Virus record (IMG/VR): IMGVR_UViG_3300011989_000257
Coordinates: 128,001-192,000 of that record
Length of the DNA: 64,000 bases
Direction: 5' to 3' (one strand)
Source: a virus
Taxonomy: Duplodnaviria > Caudoviricetes
Position numbers and translations under genes: made by a program. The notes below the pieces were generated by a model. The model was not told where the DNA came from, ran no database searches, and saw only the letters and a program-made list of their open reading frames with translations. This document shows positions 40,442-50,274 of this stretch, piece after piece (positions within the stretch are counted from its first letter, which is position 1; every line of letters begins with the position of its first letter).

Positions 40442-40774
40442 TTAATCATCTTCGGTGTTTTCAATCATATCAAATATGTGTGTGAATACGATTGCTGCAA
40501 GTGTTGGAGCATACGTTTTTATTGTTTCCCAATCAAAATAGTATTGTTCCTCATTGTCATCAATAAACCAAAGTTCAACACCAAATTGGTCGTTAACACG
40601 GATTGATAACAAATCACCCTTGAGCACACACTTTGGAAACTTGATTGTTAAGTTCTCACTGAATGGCTTTGGCAGATTTGGGAAATATTCAAATTCCTCG
40701 CCATTAAACTCGCCCTTTGCAATGATGAACATCGCAATTAACGGCTCTACTCCTATTGTAATATTCTTATTCAT
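40442..40774 (-). CDS. Hypothetical protein
   Basis: Coupled ORF. Confidence 0.7.
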   Translation of the reverse strand: MNKNITIGVEPLIAMFIIAKGEFNGEEFEYFPNLPKPFSENLTIKFPKCVLKGDLLSIRVNDQFGVELWFIDDNEEQYYFDWETIKTYAPTLAAIVFTHIFDMIENTEDD

Positions 40775-40777
40775 ATT

Positions 40778-41014
40778 CTAATAAATTGCTTCGATTGACA
40801 CTTTTGATTCATCTTTCCCTTTGAGGGTTATCAAGAAAACCATATTGCCCCTTATCCATTCCTCTGGGGTTTTCATATCAATCGTCCTCTCCCCATCTGT
40901 CATGTCATACTCAGCGATTGTCTCACCATCATATTTCATCAGCAACTTATACTTGTCGTGCTTCTTGTCAATGGCTTTGACTTTCTTAACCAATTTCTCT
41001 AAAATAATGCTCAT
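40778..41014 (-). CDS. Hypothetical protein
   Basis: Promoter 41042. Confidence 0.7.
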   Translation of the reverse strand: MSIILEKLVKKVKAIDKKHDKYKLLMKYDGETIAEYDMTDGERTIDMKTPEEWIRGNMVFLITLKGKDESKVSIEAIY

Positions 41015-41113
41015 AATCTATAATATTTAATTGTTTAACGATGCAAAGATACGAAATATTTTTGAATTAGCCAAGAAAAATGGGAAGAATTTTTGTATTT
41101 CTTCCCAAAATCC

Positions 41114-41437
41114 TTAATAACGATACAGATTGTCTGCTCTGTTGTTGTAAACATCACCATCGTAATGACCAATGCGATTGTTCTTGACCTTATAGCCATT
41201 CATGCCATAATATGTCCAATTCTCGCCATCTTTGATGCACCAATGGTTAAATACAATCTGTGAAATGGTATGTTGCTCTTTGCCCCATATACCACAACAT
41301 AGAAATATCGTAAGTTGTTTATGCGTTGGTCTTGGTGCTCTCGGCTTCAAAATCTTTTTGGTTTTCTTATTGCGAATCCTACCATAATTTGAAACCTCAT
41401 ACTTTTTCGCAAATATAATCTCTTTCCACTCTTCCAT
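41114..41437 (-). CDS. NUMOD4/HNH homing endonuclease-like protein
   Basis: EEWKEI...YEVSNYGRIRN (NUMOD4) and GHYDGDVYNNRADNL (HNH-like). Confidence 0.8.
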   Translation of the reverse strand: MEEWKEIIFAKKYEVSNYGRIRNKKTKKILKPRAPRPTHKQLTIFLCCGIWGKEQHTISQIVFNHWCIKDGENWTYYGMNGYKVKNNRIGHYDGDVYNNRADNLYRY

Positions 41438-41438
41438 A

Positions 41439-41657
41439 TTATTTCAATCTATAAGTATAATCGTAAACCTCATTGTCATTACCATCATAGGCATAAATAG
41501 AATCATCTTCAAACATGATGTCAATGTCTGAACGTTCATCAATTGGATTTTTGCGCATTTTCTTAACCTCTTTATCAAAGGCTTTCTTTGCGCAGTCAAA
41601 CTTACGATGCTTACTTATGCAATCGTCACCAACATATAATTCTAATAACTTTGCCAT
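41439..41657 (-). CDS. Hypothetical protein
   Basis: Coupled ORF. Confidence 0.65.
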   Translation of the reverse strand: MAKLLELYVGDDCISKHRKFDCAKKAFDKEVKKMRKNPIDERSDIDIMFEDDSIYAYDGNDNEVYDYTYRLK

Positions 41658-41681
41658 ATCTCTAATCTTTTTTGATTGTTA

Positions 41682-41909
41682 TTATGCCCAACGTCTCCAG
41701 TATGCTTCTGCTCCAAGAAATCCAAAATATTCACGAACACGATGTTGTGTTGCGTCACCATCAGCAACATTGAATGTGGCTCTCATATCCCACTTTCCAC
41801 GTTTCTCAACTCCATTGTTAAATACCTCACCAATAAGGTTTTCCTTTGGAGTTTTCCAAATGACGAGCAATGCCCCATTATCTTTTTTGAACATTGAAAT
41901 CTTTACCAT
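41682..41909 (-). CDS. Hypothetical protein
   Basis: Coupled ORF. Confidence 0.65.
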   Translation of the reverse strand: MVKISMFKKDNGALLVIWKTPKENLIGEVFNNGVEKRGKWDMRATFNVADGDATQHRVREYFGFLGAEAYWRRWA

Positions 41910-41913
41910 ATCT

Positions 41914-42153
41914 TTATTTTCTTTTTATTTCGTTATAATAAAACTTCTCAATCCTATAATGCTGCTTAATCATTTCACATAGCAAATCACACTGCCCAAG
42001 AGTTACATCGTAATGGTCACGAATGTAGTCAGAGAAATACTCATAAGGTGAACTACTACTACCAATACGGCCATTCCACTTCTCACCAAATGTTTTGGTA
42101 ATTTCAGCAAATAACTTACTTGTCTTGTTTGTTTGTTCTTTAACCCATCCCAT
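41914..42153 (-). CDS. Hypothetical protein
   Basis: Promoter 42191. Confidence 0.7.
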   Translation of the reverse strand: MGWVKEQTNKTSKLFAEITKTFGEKWNGRIGSSSSPYEYFSDYIRDHYDVTLGQCDLLCEMIKQHYRIEKFYYNEIKRK

Positions 42154-42266
42154 AATCTTTATTTCTTTTTAATTGTTATTATTTTGTTGATGCAAAGATA
42201 CGAAAAAAAATTGGATTAACCAAACGATTAACCCAATTTCTTCCAGTTATTTACAATGTTTAACAT

Positions 42267-42545
42267 TTACTCCTTAATGCTAAGGTCATAAGCACGATTT
42301 GTTGCCTTCAAGTCATGTTTGAACTCGCACAACTGCTTCTGATACTCACGTACCTTTGCACGACCCTCAACAAGCGCTTTGGTAAGCTCTTTAAGCCTAT
42401 CTGAACGCTTCTCCTTTTCAGCAGTCCAAATGGGTGTAATCTCAACTCTGATGGACTTGTTTGCTTCCTCACGATTCTTTAACGAGGTGCGTACCTCAAC
42501 TTGCTTTGTGCGAATAACACGCATCTTTGCCAACTCTTTTGCCAT
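42267..42545 (-). CDS. Hypothetical basic coiled-coil protein
   Basis: ORF with an MAK start. Confidence 0.7.
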   Translation of the reverse strand: MAKELAKMRVIRTKQVEVRTSLKNREEANKSIRVEITPIWTAEKEKRSDRLKELTKALVEGRAKVREYQKQLCEFKHDLKATNRAYDLSIKE

Positions 42546-42645
42546 AGTTCTTATTTTATTTTAAATTTATATTATTTTCCCATTATGGGGGTGCGGTACT
42601 CAATCGTAATGATGTATTGTACTCGCACACCACATACTCTTATTG

Positions 42646-43107
42646 TTATAATTTTTTATTCTTTATCTCCAATATCCTTATCATTTTCTCGTCTTTCGGT
42701 GTCATTGTATGAACCACCTCAAACTTAAGGCTTTTTAGGAACTCATGCAACTCACCAACGCTTGTTTCTTGTGGTATCTCCAACTTCAATTCAAGTGGAA
42801 CACTCTGAACATTGATGAAACTACCCTCATGCAATTCGCCTACTTGCTGCATGATGTATTCCTCAAACTGATTCTTAAATACCACACTTACGGGCGCATC
42901 ATTGATATTCTCATAGGCATATACCCTTGTGTAAGTGAATTTATTTTCATCCTTATGGTATTCAACTTCAAGATGATAAATATCACCATTGCCATCTTCC
43001 ATTTCTTTGAAACAAACCACATAGGTCTTGCCATCAAGCCAATCCTCACCTACTACCTCATAGACAAGTTCGGGAATCATCTTGCTTGTAAAAATCTTCT
43101 TTGCCAT
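42646..43107 (-). CDS. Hypothetical protein
   Basis: Promoter 43141, AGGAG leader. Confidence 0.75.
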   Translation of the reverse strand: MAKKIFTSKMIPELVYEVVGEDWLDGKTYVVCFKEMEDGNGDIYHLEVEYHKDENKFTYTRVYAYENINDAPVSVVFKNQFEEYIMQQVGELHEGSFINVQSVPLELKLEIPQETSVGELHEFLKSLKFEVVHTMTPKDEKMIRILEIKNKKL

Positions 43108-43187
43108 ATTCTAATCTCCTTTTAATTGTTATTTTGTTGATGCAAAGATACGAAATTCCCTTGAATTAGCCAAGGGAATTAACATTT

Positions 43188-43463
43188 TTAACACTCTATA
43201 AGTGGAACTTCCTCGACACCAAACTCATATTCAAATGCTTCACAACCATATCCGTGTGCTATTGCAAATGCAATTGAACGTATATTAACCCTTTTCATTC
43301 TATCGTTTAGGATTCCACTTTCCTCAATCTCATTGGAAATCTTTGAGATTATATCCTTATCACGCATATCCTTGTCAGACGGAATAGCGCAGATAGACCC
43401 CTTTGTATTATCGTTGGTGTCCACATAATAGACAATATTCACATTCTTACTCATACCAATCAT
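43188..43463 (-). CDS. Hypothetical protein
   Basis: Coupled ORF (start may be MSKN). Confidence 0.65.
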   Translation of the reverse strand: MIGMSKNVNIVYYVDTNDNTKGSICAIPSDKDMRDKDIISKISNEIEESGILNDRMKRVNIRSIAFAIAHGYGCEAFEYEFGVEEVPLIEC

Positions 43464-43842
43464 TTGCTACATCATCAGTTTCAAAAATACACTCTGCAAT
43501 TAACTGATTGCGCTCGGCTTCGTCAGTCACACCATCAAGAATGCCACCATAAGGGGAAAGATACTCACCGATTGCATCTGCATCGTAATCATTCACATCT
43601 GTCTCACTCTGATACCAATCAGCAATGGTGGTGCGGTCATTCAAAGTCGAAAGCAAATGCTTGTTGCCCAAGTGGAATGTCTCAATGAATTTCTTTAAAT
43701 CATCAGTCTTTAACTGAATATACTCAAATATAGTATCACTCACCTTGCGACAGAACTGACATTCGTCTGGGTCTGTGCAAACCCACTCTTCCACATCAAA
43801 GTGAATGGTGTTGTCCTTGTTGAATTTGTTGTTGAACATCAT
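43447..43842 (-). CDS. Hypothetical acidic protein
   Basis: WVCTDPDECQFCR...QLIAECIFE, AGGAG leader. Confidence 0.75.
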   Translation of the reverse strand: MMFNNKFNKDNTIHFDVEEWVCTDPDECQFCRKVSDTIFEYIQLKTDDLKKFIETFHLGNKHLLSTLNDRTTIADWYQSETDVNDYDADAIGEYLSPYGGILDGVTDEAERNQLIAECIFETDDVANDWYE

Positions 43843-43871
43843 AATCCCTAATCTCCTATTCTTTTAAATTG

Positions 43872-44033
43872 TTATTTTGACATAATACAAGTAAAACTAT
43901 CATATTCATCTACTCCGTATAAGGTAGCAGAACCATTTGTGCGCTGATACGCAGAAAACGCATCACGATAGACCTCATAGTTATTTACTCCGTGCTCTTT
44001 AGCCAATTGATAAAAAGAATATTTCCTTGCCAT
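43872..44033 (-). CDS. Small hypothetical protein
   Basis: True start MARKYSF after promoter 44060. Confidence 0.65.
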   Translation of the reverse strand: MARKYSFYQLAKEHGVNNYEVYRDAFSAYQRTNGSATLYGVDEYDSFTCIMSK

Positions 44034-44122
44034 AATTCTAATCTTTAATTGTTTAACAATGCAAAGATACGAAAAAAATCTGAATTGACCAAACAATCCA
44101 GATTTTTTTAACATTTATTTAA

Positions 44123-44284
44123 TTATGCCATCAGAATACAATTCACGATGAAACCACAGAGAGCAGCTATCAAATAACTATTGGGATTCTCAACCTTGTC
44201 CTTTTGTACAAAGTAACACACAACACCAACGATGGGAATGAGAAATGAACACCCAACACCAAAACAACTTGCTTTTTCTTTCAT
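44123..44284 (-). CDS. Small two-TM membrane protein (53 aa, not in ORF track)
   Basis: MKEKASCFGVGCSFLIPIVGVVCYFVQKDKVENPNSYLIAALCGFIVNCILMA. Confidence 0.65.
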   Translation of the reverse strand: MKEKASCFGVGCSFLIPIVGVVCYFVQKDKVENPNSYLIAALCGFIVNCILMA

Positions 44285-44302
44285 TTTCTTTTCTTTTTTA
44301 AT

Positions 44303-44533
44303 TTATAATAATACTTTATCAGTTCCATCCCAACAAATGTTCCAAAGATTGCCCATTGTGACACACTTTGAACCAAGGCATCTATCATTCTTTGACCATT
44401 TATAGATACGAACTTTGATTGTCCATTGGTCTAACTTATGCCTAAGAGTGTCCAACACTTCATCCCAAGTCGCAATATCCTTGATATGCTTTGGGTCACT
44501 ATTTTTATGCTCTATAATCAATGAGTATGTCAT
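44303..44533 (-). CDS. Hypothetical protein
   Basis: Coupled ORF. Confidence 0.65.
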   Translation of the reverse strand: MTYSLIIEHKNSDPKHIKDIATWDEVLDTLRHKLDQWTIKVRIYKWSKNDRCLGSKCVTMGNLWNICWDGTDKVLL

Positions 44534-44536
44534 AAC

Positions 44537-44758
44537 TCAATCTACCTCAAAATTCTTCTTATCAAACTCCTTATAGTCAAAGATACAAGCGAACATTTCA
44601 CTTGAATTAGCCGTACAATAGTAGTCCAAGTCTTCAAGGCTCATGTGCTCCATTTCAGCGATTTCGTCCAAACGAATATCAATCAACTCAATTTCAGTTG
44701 GAGTGTATTCATTTTCCAAATCCTTAATGAGATTGTTTCTTACTTCTTTAATATCCAT
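44537..44758 (-). CDS. Small acidic protein
   Basis: True start MDIKEV after promoter 44782. Confidence 0.7.
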   Translation of the reverse strand: MDIKEVRNNLIKDLENEYTPTEIELIDIRLDEIAEMEHMSLEDLDYYCTANSSEMFACIFDYKEFDKKNFEVD

Positions 44759-44887
44759 ATTACTTATCTTTTTAATTGTAATGCAAAGATACGAAATTAT
44801 TTTGAATCTACCAAAAAAAATGGGAAGAAAATTTAAAAAATCTCTCCCCATTCAAACAAACATTCACAACTTATTAACTTCTCTAAG

Positions 44888-45547
44888 TTACCATTCTTCA
44901 CAGAATTTCACTTCGACAGATGTATCTTTTATTCCTTGGCTTGCAAGGTAATCACTAATCGCCTTATTCAAACCATCTTCCAAACTCTTAGGGTCTTTAA
45001 TGGCTTTGCGCATTGTATGGGTATATACCTCAAACTTCTCATTAAATTTGCATCTATTTGCAGCAAGTTCCTCATATCCCTTATAATCACACTCTGAAAG
45101 CAATCCTGCAAACGAATGGAAATTCGCATCAACCAATCTATCTTCCAACAGAATCTTAATGCGCTTATCAGCCTTTTGGTGCTCACGCATCAACTTCATA
45201 AGAGAATCATATCCATACCCATAATCACACTTTCTGTTTGGGCGATGCACATACTTTTCACGTTCTTCTTCGGTGAAATAGATTGAATCATCTTTGATGA
45301 AATTATCAATACATTCCTTGCACTCTTTGATGTTGCTCGCCCAAGAACCATAATGCTGCGATGGCTTTTTCTCATTGCCCTCTTTACAGAAATCATAATG
45401 AATCTCTTTCTTCTTTGGATAATCAGAATAACGTGATGAATCAAATATGCTACGCTCATACTCAATCTCAGTTACCCTAATGATACGATAACCATTATAA
45501 ACCTCTAAAGGTGTTCTGCTTGTCTTATGACCACTTCTTACTCCCAT
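44888..45547 (-). CDS. Hypothetical protein
   Basis: Promoter 45583, AGGAG leader. Confidence 0.75.
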   Translation of the reverse strand: MGVRSGHKTSRTPLEVYNGYRIIRVTEIEYERSIFDSSRYSDYPKKKEIHYDFCKEGNEKKPSQHYGSWASNIKECKECIDNFIKDDSIYFTEEEREKYVHRPNRKCDYGYGYDSLMKLMREHQKADKRIKILLEDRLVDANFHSFAGLLSECDYKGYEELAANRCKFNEKFEVYTHTMRKAIKDPKSLEDGLNKAISDYLASQGIKDTSVEVKFCEEW

Positions 45548-45633
45548 AATCTAATCTCCTATTCTTTATTTGTTTAACTTGATGCAAAGATACGAAATTA
45601 TTTTGAATTGACCAAGAAAAAAGATAAAAAAAT

Positions 45634-46065
45634 AACCCACAAGTGCCATTTTTAACACTTGCGGGTCGAAAAGGAGATTTGAATTATTGTTTCACAAGAA
45701 CAAGATTATAGGAGGTTTGTTTTCTTGCGTAGGCGAACCTTATTCCCTCTTTGCGATGGATGCCTATCCCCATCTTTCAACTCAATCTTGTCTTATATCT
45801 TAAAAGGAGAAACTAATTAGTGGCGGAGTTGCACTTTCCTTACTTGACTACACAGCCAGCCTCTTCTTCCAAATGCGCATTGGAATGTCAAACGACCTAC
45901 TCTTACCCTTAGACGAGGTTATTTCTCCTTTGGGGCACTCAGATTTCCTAAGTCCTCTGAGTGTTCTTCCCCTTATATCTTTAAAAATGTGGGAAATGTA
46001 CACTAAGTTTACCGCATCACCGCCATGTACCATCACTGACCTGCGCAGTAATATCAGTGACTTTT
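45634..46065 (-). ncRNA. Putative structured ncRNA region downstream of 46087..46482
   Basis: About 430 nt without a credible ORF. Stems ACAAGATT/AATCTTGT (45700/45784), AAAGGAGAAA/TTTCTCCTTT (45803/45922), CACTCAGA/TCTGAGTG and TCACTGA/TCAGTGA. Terminator 45634-45666. Confidence 0.55.
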
Positions 46066-46086
46066 TGACCCACGTTTATTATTCTC

Positions 46087-46482
46087 TTACTTCAACAATC
46101 TTTCGATTACTTTTTCGCAGTCCTCAAAGTAGCAATTATTATTGTAACCTCCACGATAGTCTCTTTCATCCTTTGCAGTTCTGCAATACATTGGCTGCAA
46201 CCAATTTCCATCATTTTTTAGGGCAACGTGAGTTCTTCCACCACGTCCACAACCATTGTCATAACTGAAATATACATACTTGTCACCACACTTGATAAAC
46301 CCACTCATGTCATAGTGTCCATACGAGGGATTAACAACCTCTCCATCAAGTGATTTCGCAATCTTCCTCATTGCATTGAAGAAAGCCACTTGAAATGAAT
46401 GAAATTCCTTTGATACACGAAAACCATCGTCCTCTAATGTACGACCATTCCACTTTTTGATAAATGCCTTAACGTCTGCCAT
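46087..46482 (-). CDS. Conserved phage hypothetical protein
   Basis: GHYDMSGFI...YCRTAKDERDYRGGYN. Promoter 46509. Confidence 0.75.
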   Translation of the reverse strand: MADVKAFIKKWNGRTLEDDGFRVSKEFHSFQVAFFNAMRKIAKSLDGEVVNPSYGHYDMSGFIKCGDKYVYFSYDNGCGRGGRTHVALKNDGNWLQPMYCRTAKDERDYRGGYNNNCYFEDCEKVIERLLK

Positions 46483-46559
46483 AATCTAAATCTTTAATTG
46501 TTTAACGATGCAAAGATACGAAATTATTTTGTAATAACCAAACTTTTTTGGAACTTTTT

Positions 46560-46847
46560 TTAAAGAAATTCTATTGTTACATTTTCTGTTATCTGTGGGA
46601 ACGTCTTACAGATAATTCTCTTATGCCAATCTGTCAGCACACAACACTGACTAAACTTAAATAGTGCTACATCATGCCGTAAGTCACTGACCTCACCCAT
46701 AAATAATGAAAGCGTCTTGAACTCATTCTCATTAAGACTAAGGGTAGCAACATTAGGCTCGCCATAACTTCCACCAATGCAACTTCCGTCTCCAAACTCC
46801 TTGAAGAACTTGTTCTTATCGGTAATCTTAACCTTAATTCTCTTCAT
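46560..46847 (-). CDS. Hypothetical protein
   Basis: Promoter 46876. Confidence 0.7.
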   Translation of the reverse strand: MKRIKVKITDKNKFFKEFGDGSCIGGSYGEPNVATLSLNENEFKTLSLFMGEVSDLRHDVALFKFSQCCVLTDWHKRIICKTFPQITENVTIEFL

Positions 46848-47006
46848 AACTCTCTAATCTTTAATTGTTTAACAATGCAAAGATACGAAATTATTTTCAA
46901 TTGACCAAACCTTTTAACGTTTTTAACAAAAGAGAAATGGTGGCTAGGCTTTGATTCACTTACCTAGTCACCACCAACGTCAAAACAAATTAAAAAAGAT
47001 TATGAT

Positions 47007-47405
47007 TTATGTGAACTCTTCCAACATATCCTTGAAAGTCAATGGATATAACTCTCTGTTCCTACCACAATCAGCACACATCTTCATGAGGTTGCGCTCA
47101 ACAAACTCCTTGATGATGTCATGAGTGCTTTTCTCATACTTGAATTGGGGAATTGCCACCATTGGATTGTGCTTACCTCTAATCTCAACGAGAACCTTGC
47201 GGATAATCTTTTCTTGCCAAGGGAGATTATACTTTGACTTTAGAATCTTCTCAACAATGCCATTAACAGACATTCCACTATCCTTGAAATATGCTTTGCA
47301 CATTGCACTATCGAGAATAAAATTGGACTTCTTCTTATAAGCCTCAACCAACTTCTCATTCTTTGCTTGTGCTTCCAACTGCTTTCTTACTTTTGAATTG
47401 CTCAT
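47007..47405 (-). CDS. Hypothetical basic protein
   Basis: Promoter 47433. Confidence 0.75.
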   Translation of the reverse strand: MSNSKVRKQLEAQAKNEKLVEAYKKKSNFILDSAMCKAYFKDSGMSVNGIVEKILKSKYNLPWQEKIIRKVLVEIRGKHNPMVAIPQFKYEKSTHDIIKEFVERNLMKMCADCGRNRELYPLTFKDMLEEFT

Positions 47406-47848
47406 AACCTTTAATGTTTATTTGTTTAACGATGCAAAGATACGAAATAAAGTTGGAATAACCAAACTTAATCCGTTAATAAACGTTAAACACATTTTAA
47501 AGCCCTCTGAGCCACTTTCTCTGTCCAAGTGAATAAGTTATAGGAACAATACGTTTTAACGTCTCAGAAACAAAATAAAACACTATTGGTATTTAAAGTT
47601 CTCTCACGTGCGCACGTGTGCGCATAATATATTTAAATTAAAATATAATATTAAATAAATTTATAATAATATATTATATAAGAAAAGAGAATATATTATT
47701 ATATAATAATATATTCCAGAAAAGAAATAAGGGTTTGATTGCTCCCCAACAACCAAACCCTTCAATTTAAAAAGGTTTTATTCCTTGAAAAAATTCAAGG
47801 GAAACTTCCTCAATTTTTCCCTTGAATTATATTATAAATATTATGAAT

Positions 47849-48304
47849 CTATTGTTTCTTCAAGAACTTGTCGAATAAAGACACATACTTCTGACACTCG
47901 GCCATTTCCGCTTCAAGTTTCTTAAGCCGCACATCTTTCTCCCACCAAAGAGCAAACTTGATGTCATTGACAATCTTTTCCAAGTCATTAACAAACAAAT
48001 CTTCCAAGGCAATCTTATTAACGATTTGGAAAGATGGAACTTTACAAATGGGATATTTACGAATCCTTGCGCCATACTCTGTACCCTCGTCATTGGTTGT
48101 ATAAATCGCTCTGCAACCGATATAAACGTACTGCTTAGTAATCTTACCATAGCGGACTTCTTGTTCACCAATACGATTGGCTTCATACTTGCATTGCTTT
48201 AGATATGCTTCGGAACACTCAAAACCTCTGCCTACAATCTTACGGAGTTCAGCAAGTAACTTCTGCTGCTTTTCCTTTAATTCAACGTTTTCTTCAAGTA
48301 CCAT
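47849..48304 (-). CDS. Hypothetical protein
   Basis: Promoter 48333, AGGAG leader. Confidence 0.75.
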   Translation of the reverse strand: MVLEENVELKEKQQKLLAELRKIVGRGFECSEAYLKQCKYEANRIGEQEVRYGKITKQYVYIGCRAIYTTNDEGTEYGARIRKYPICKVPSFQIVNKIALEDLFVNDLEKIVNDIKFALWWEKDVRLKKLEAEMAECQKYVSLFDKFLKKQ

Positions 48305-48438
48305 AATCTAATCTCCTATATTTTAGTTGTAGTGCAAAGATACGAAATTATTTTCAATTTACCAAAAAAAATAGTGGAAAATGTCAAGATTGAAACAATC
48401 TTTAACGTTTCCAACTTGAAAAAGGAGATTAAAGTGTG

Positions 48439-48523
48439 TAGGGAAGGTGGGATTCGAACCCAACGAGCCCAGATGGGCATGGCTTTTTAAGAGCCACGTG
48501 TCTACCAGCTGCACCACAACCCC
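48439..48523 (-). tRNA. trnL: tRNA-Leu (anticodon TAA) with imperfect acceptor stem
   Basis: TGGCT-CTTAAAA-AGCCA anticodon arm, long variable arm GCCC-ATCT-GGGC, and TGGG-TTCGAAT-CCCA T-arm. The acceptor GGGGTTG/CTTCCCT has two T-T mismatches. No encoded CCA. Confidence 0.8.
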
Positions 48524-48603
48524 ATATAAAAAAAAATTCCTTCTCTATCTATCACAGACTGAGAAGGAACATAAACGTAATCTAAATGCCATGAAAAACA
48601 CTT

Positions 48604-48894
48604 TTATTCAACCTTGACAAACACCACAGAACCTTTTGTAATGGGGTTCTTTGATAATGCCCAAGTTATTGTTCCCTCAACCTTATAATCGTCCCATAAA
48701 AGTGAAACCTTATCGTGTAAGGCATCAATTTCGGTTAATTCGACCTTATCAACATGAGGTAACACAATCATATCATCACTACCCTTAACACAAGTGTTAA
48801 GCATATTGAAAACACTTTCAGCATTACGTTCAATAACGTTAAACTCAAAGTTTCTATTGATTGCGTCCTTTATGTTATTACTTAGTGTACTCAT
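48604..48894 (-). CDS. Hypothetical protein (probably leaderless mRNA)
   Basis: The A of ATG is the 5th nt after the -7 element (TATCTTTGCAATATG). Confidence 0.7.
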   Translation of the reverse strand: MSTLSNNIKDAINRNFEFNVIERNAESVFNMLNTCVKGSDDMIVLPHVDKVELTEIDALHDKVSLLWDDYKVEGTITWALSKNPITKGSVVFVKVE

Positions 48895-48945
48895 ATTGCA
48901 AAGATATAAATAAATATTGACAATTCCAAATTTTTAAGAGTTTTT

Positions 48946-49047
48946 TTAATCTTCTTCCAACTCTTTCTTCCATTTTGTGTAAGTTGGGTCACTTATAATA
49001 TCCCATGCCATAACACCTATGCAGAATAACAGAAATAGTCCAAACAT
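48946..49047 (-). CDS. Small single-TM protein (33 aa, not in ORF track)
   Basis: MFGLFLLFCIGVMAWDIISDPTYTKWKKELEED. Confidence 0.5.
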   Translation of the reverse strand: MFGLFLLFCIGVMAWDIISDPTYTKWKKELEED

Positions 49048-49057
49048 AATTCAATCT

Positions 49058-49303
49058 TTAATAATTATAAACAAGTGAATTGCAAGCCTCTTTTACCGCA
49101 TTGATACGTGCAGTTGTTGAAGCGTTTGTGTAACCACAATTATCAAAGGTTGCGCTCTTATTGGAATGGTCAACCCTTGCAATCTGATTGCCGTGATACC
49201 AAACCTTTGTAATGTTGTTTTCAGTTTTAACAACAACGTTGCTGCCACTCCAATTGGTCTTGCGAGTAACCGCATCACAGATTCTTTCTTGATATTCTCT
49301 CAT
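49058..49303 (-). CDS. Conserved phage hypothetical protein
   Basis: WSGSN.VV...YHGNQIA...TTARINA. Promoter 49331. Confidence 0.75.
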   Translation of the reverse strand: MREYQERICDAVTRKTNWSGSNVVVKTENNITKVWYHGNQIARVDHSNKSATFDNCGYTNASTTARINAVKEACNSLVYNY

Positions 49304-49375
49304 AATCCTATTATTTAAATTGTTTGATGGTGCAAAGATACGAAATTATTTTCACACCACCAAACTTTTTAGAGA

Positions 49376-50173
49376 TTATTTTTCGATTTTTTCGATTGTT
49401 CCCTTGTCACCATTGATAATATATCCAATTTCCTTTGCGATTGTTGGGAAGAACACATCATCAAAGTATGTGCTTCCGTCACCCTCTGCATAGAGATTTA
49501 CATCAAATTGATATGCTAACGGATAGAGCATTACACGATTGAAAATCTCACCCCAATAGGCGATAATGATACCCTTGATGTCCTTTTTGGCAACAATGTC
49601 ACCATCATTAAGGTTATACCATTGGATAAAGCGAGAACCCAAAGCCTTAACCTTTGCCCAATCGCTTGGTTTCATGCTACCTCTCAACACTCTCACATCA
49701 TCATCATTGGTGAGGTCATAGATGTATGAATCATCACCATATAAGGAACTTTCCTCAATAAATGCGTTCCACAACTGGACAAGCACTTCATCAGTGAGTT
49801 TAATGGTAGCAATGAGGGTATTTTTCTCAACTCCCTTATAGGTATTGACAACCCACTCATTGATAAACTTCTGTTTGTCATAGCCATTCTTTGCCACAAA
49901 CTCCCTAACATTCTCAATGGTTGGTGTTCCCTCTCCCCAATTAATCTTCATGAGGTCATTGTAGAACTCTGTGGTTGGGTCACGGAAGATACCCTCTTTC
50001 TCTGTATAGTCTTTCATGAAATCATCAACGTTCATGCCATACTTCTGATTGATGTATTCAGAAATCTTATCGTCAGAGGGATATTCCAAACCCTTTTTGC
50101 GGCAAATATCACGAATTACCTTGCGGAAACTGATTACCTTATTCGCTTTCTCAACTAAGTTTAATTCTGCCAT
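49376..50173 (-). CDS. Hypothetical protein
   Basis: True start MAELNL after promoter 50212 and an AGGAG leader. Confidence 0.75.
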   Translation of the reverse strand: MAELNLVEKANKVISFRKVIRDICRKKGLEYPSDDKISEYINQKYGMNVDDFMKDYTEKEGIFRDPTTEFYNDLMKINWGEGTPTIENVREFVAKNGYDKQKFINEWVVNTYKGVEKNTLIATIKLTDEVLVQLWNAFIEESSLYGDDSYIYDLTNDDDVRVLRGSMKPSDWAKVKALGSRFIQWYNLNDGDIVAKKDIKGIIIAYWGEIFNRVMLYPLAYQFDVNLYAEGDGSTYFDDVFFPTIAKEIGYIINGDKGTIEKIEK

Positions 50174-50274
50174 AACTTTTAATCTCCTATTACTTTTAAA
50201 TTGTTTGATGATGCAAAGATACGAAATTATTTTCACATCACCAAACTTTTTAACTTTTTTTAGCCTAACTCATT

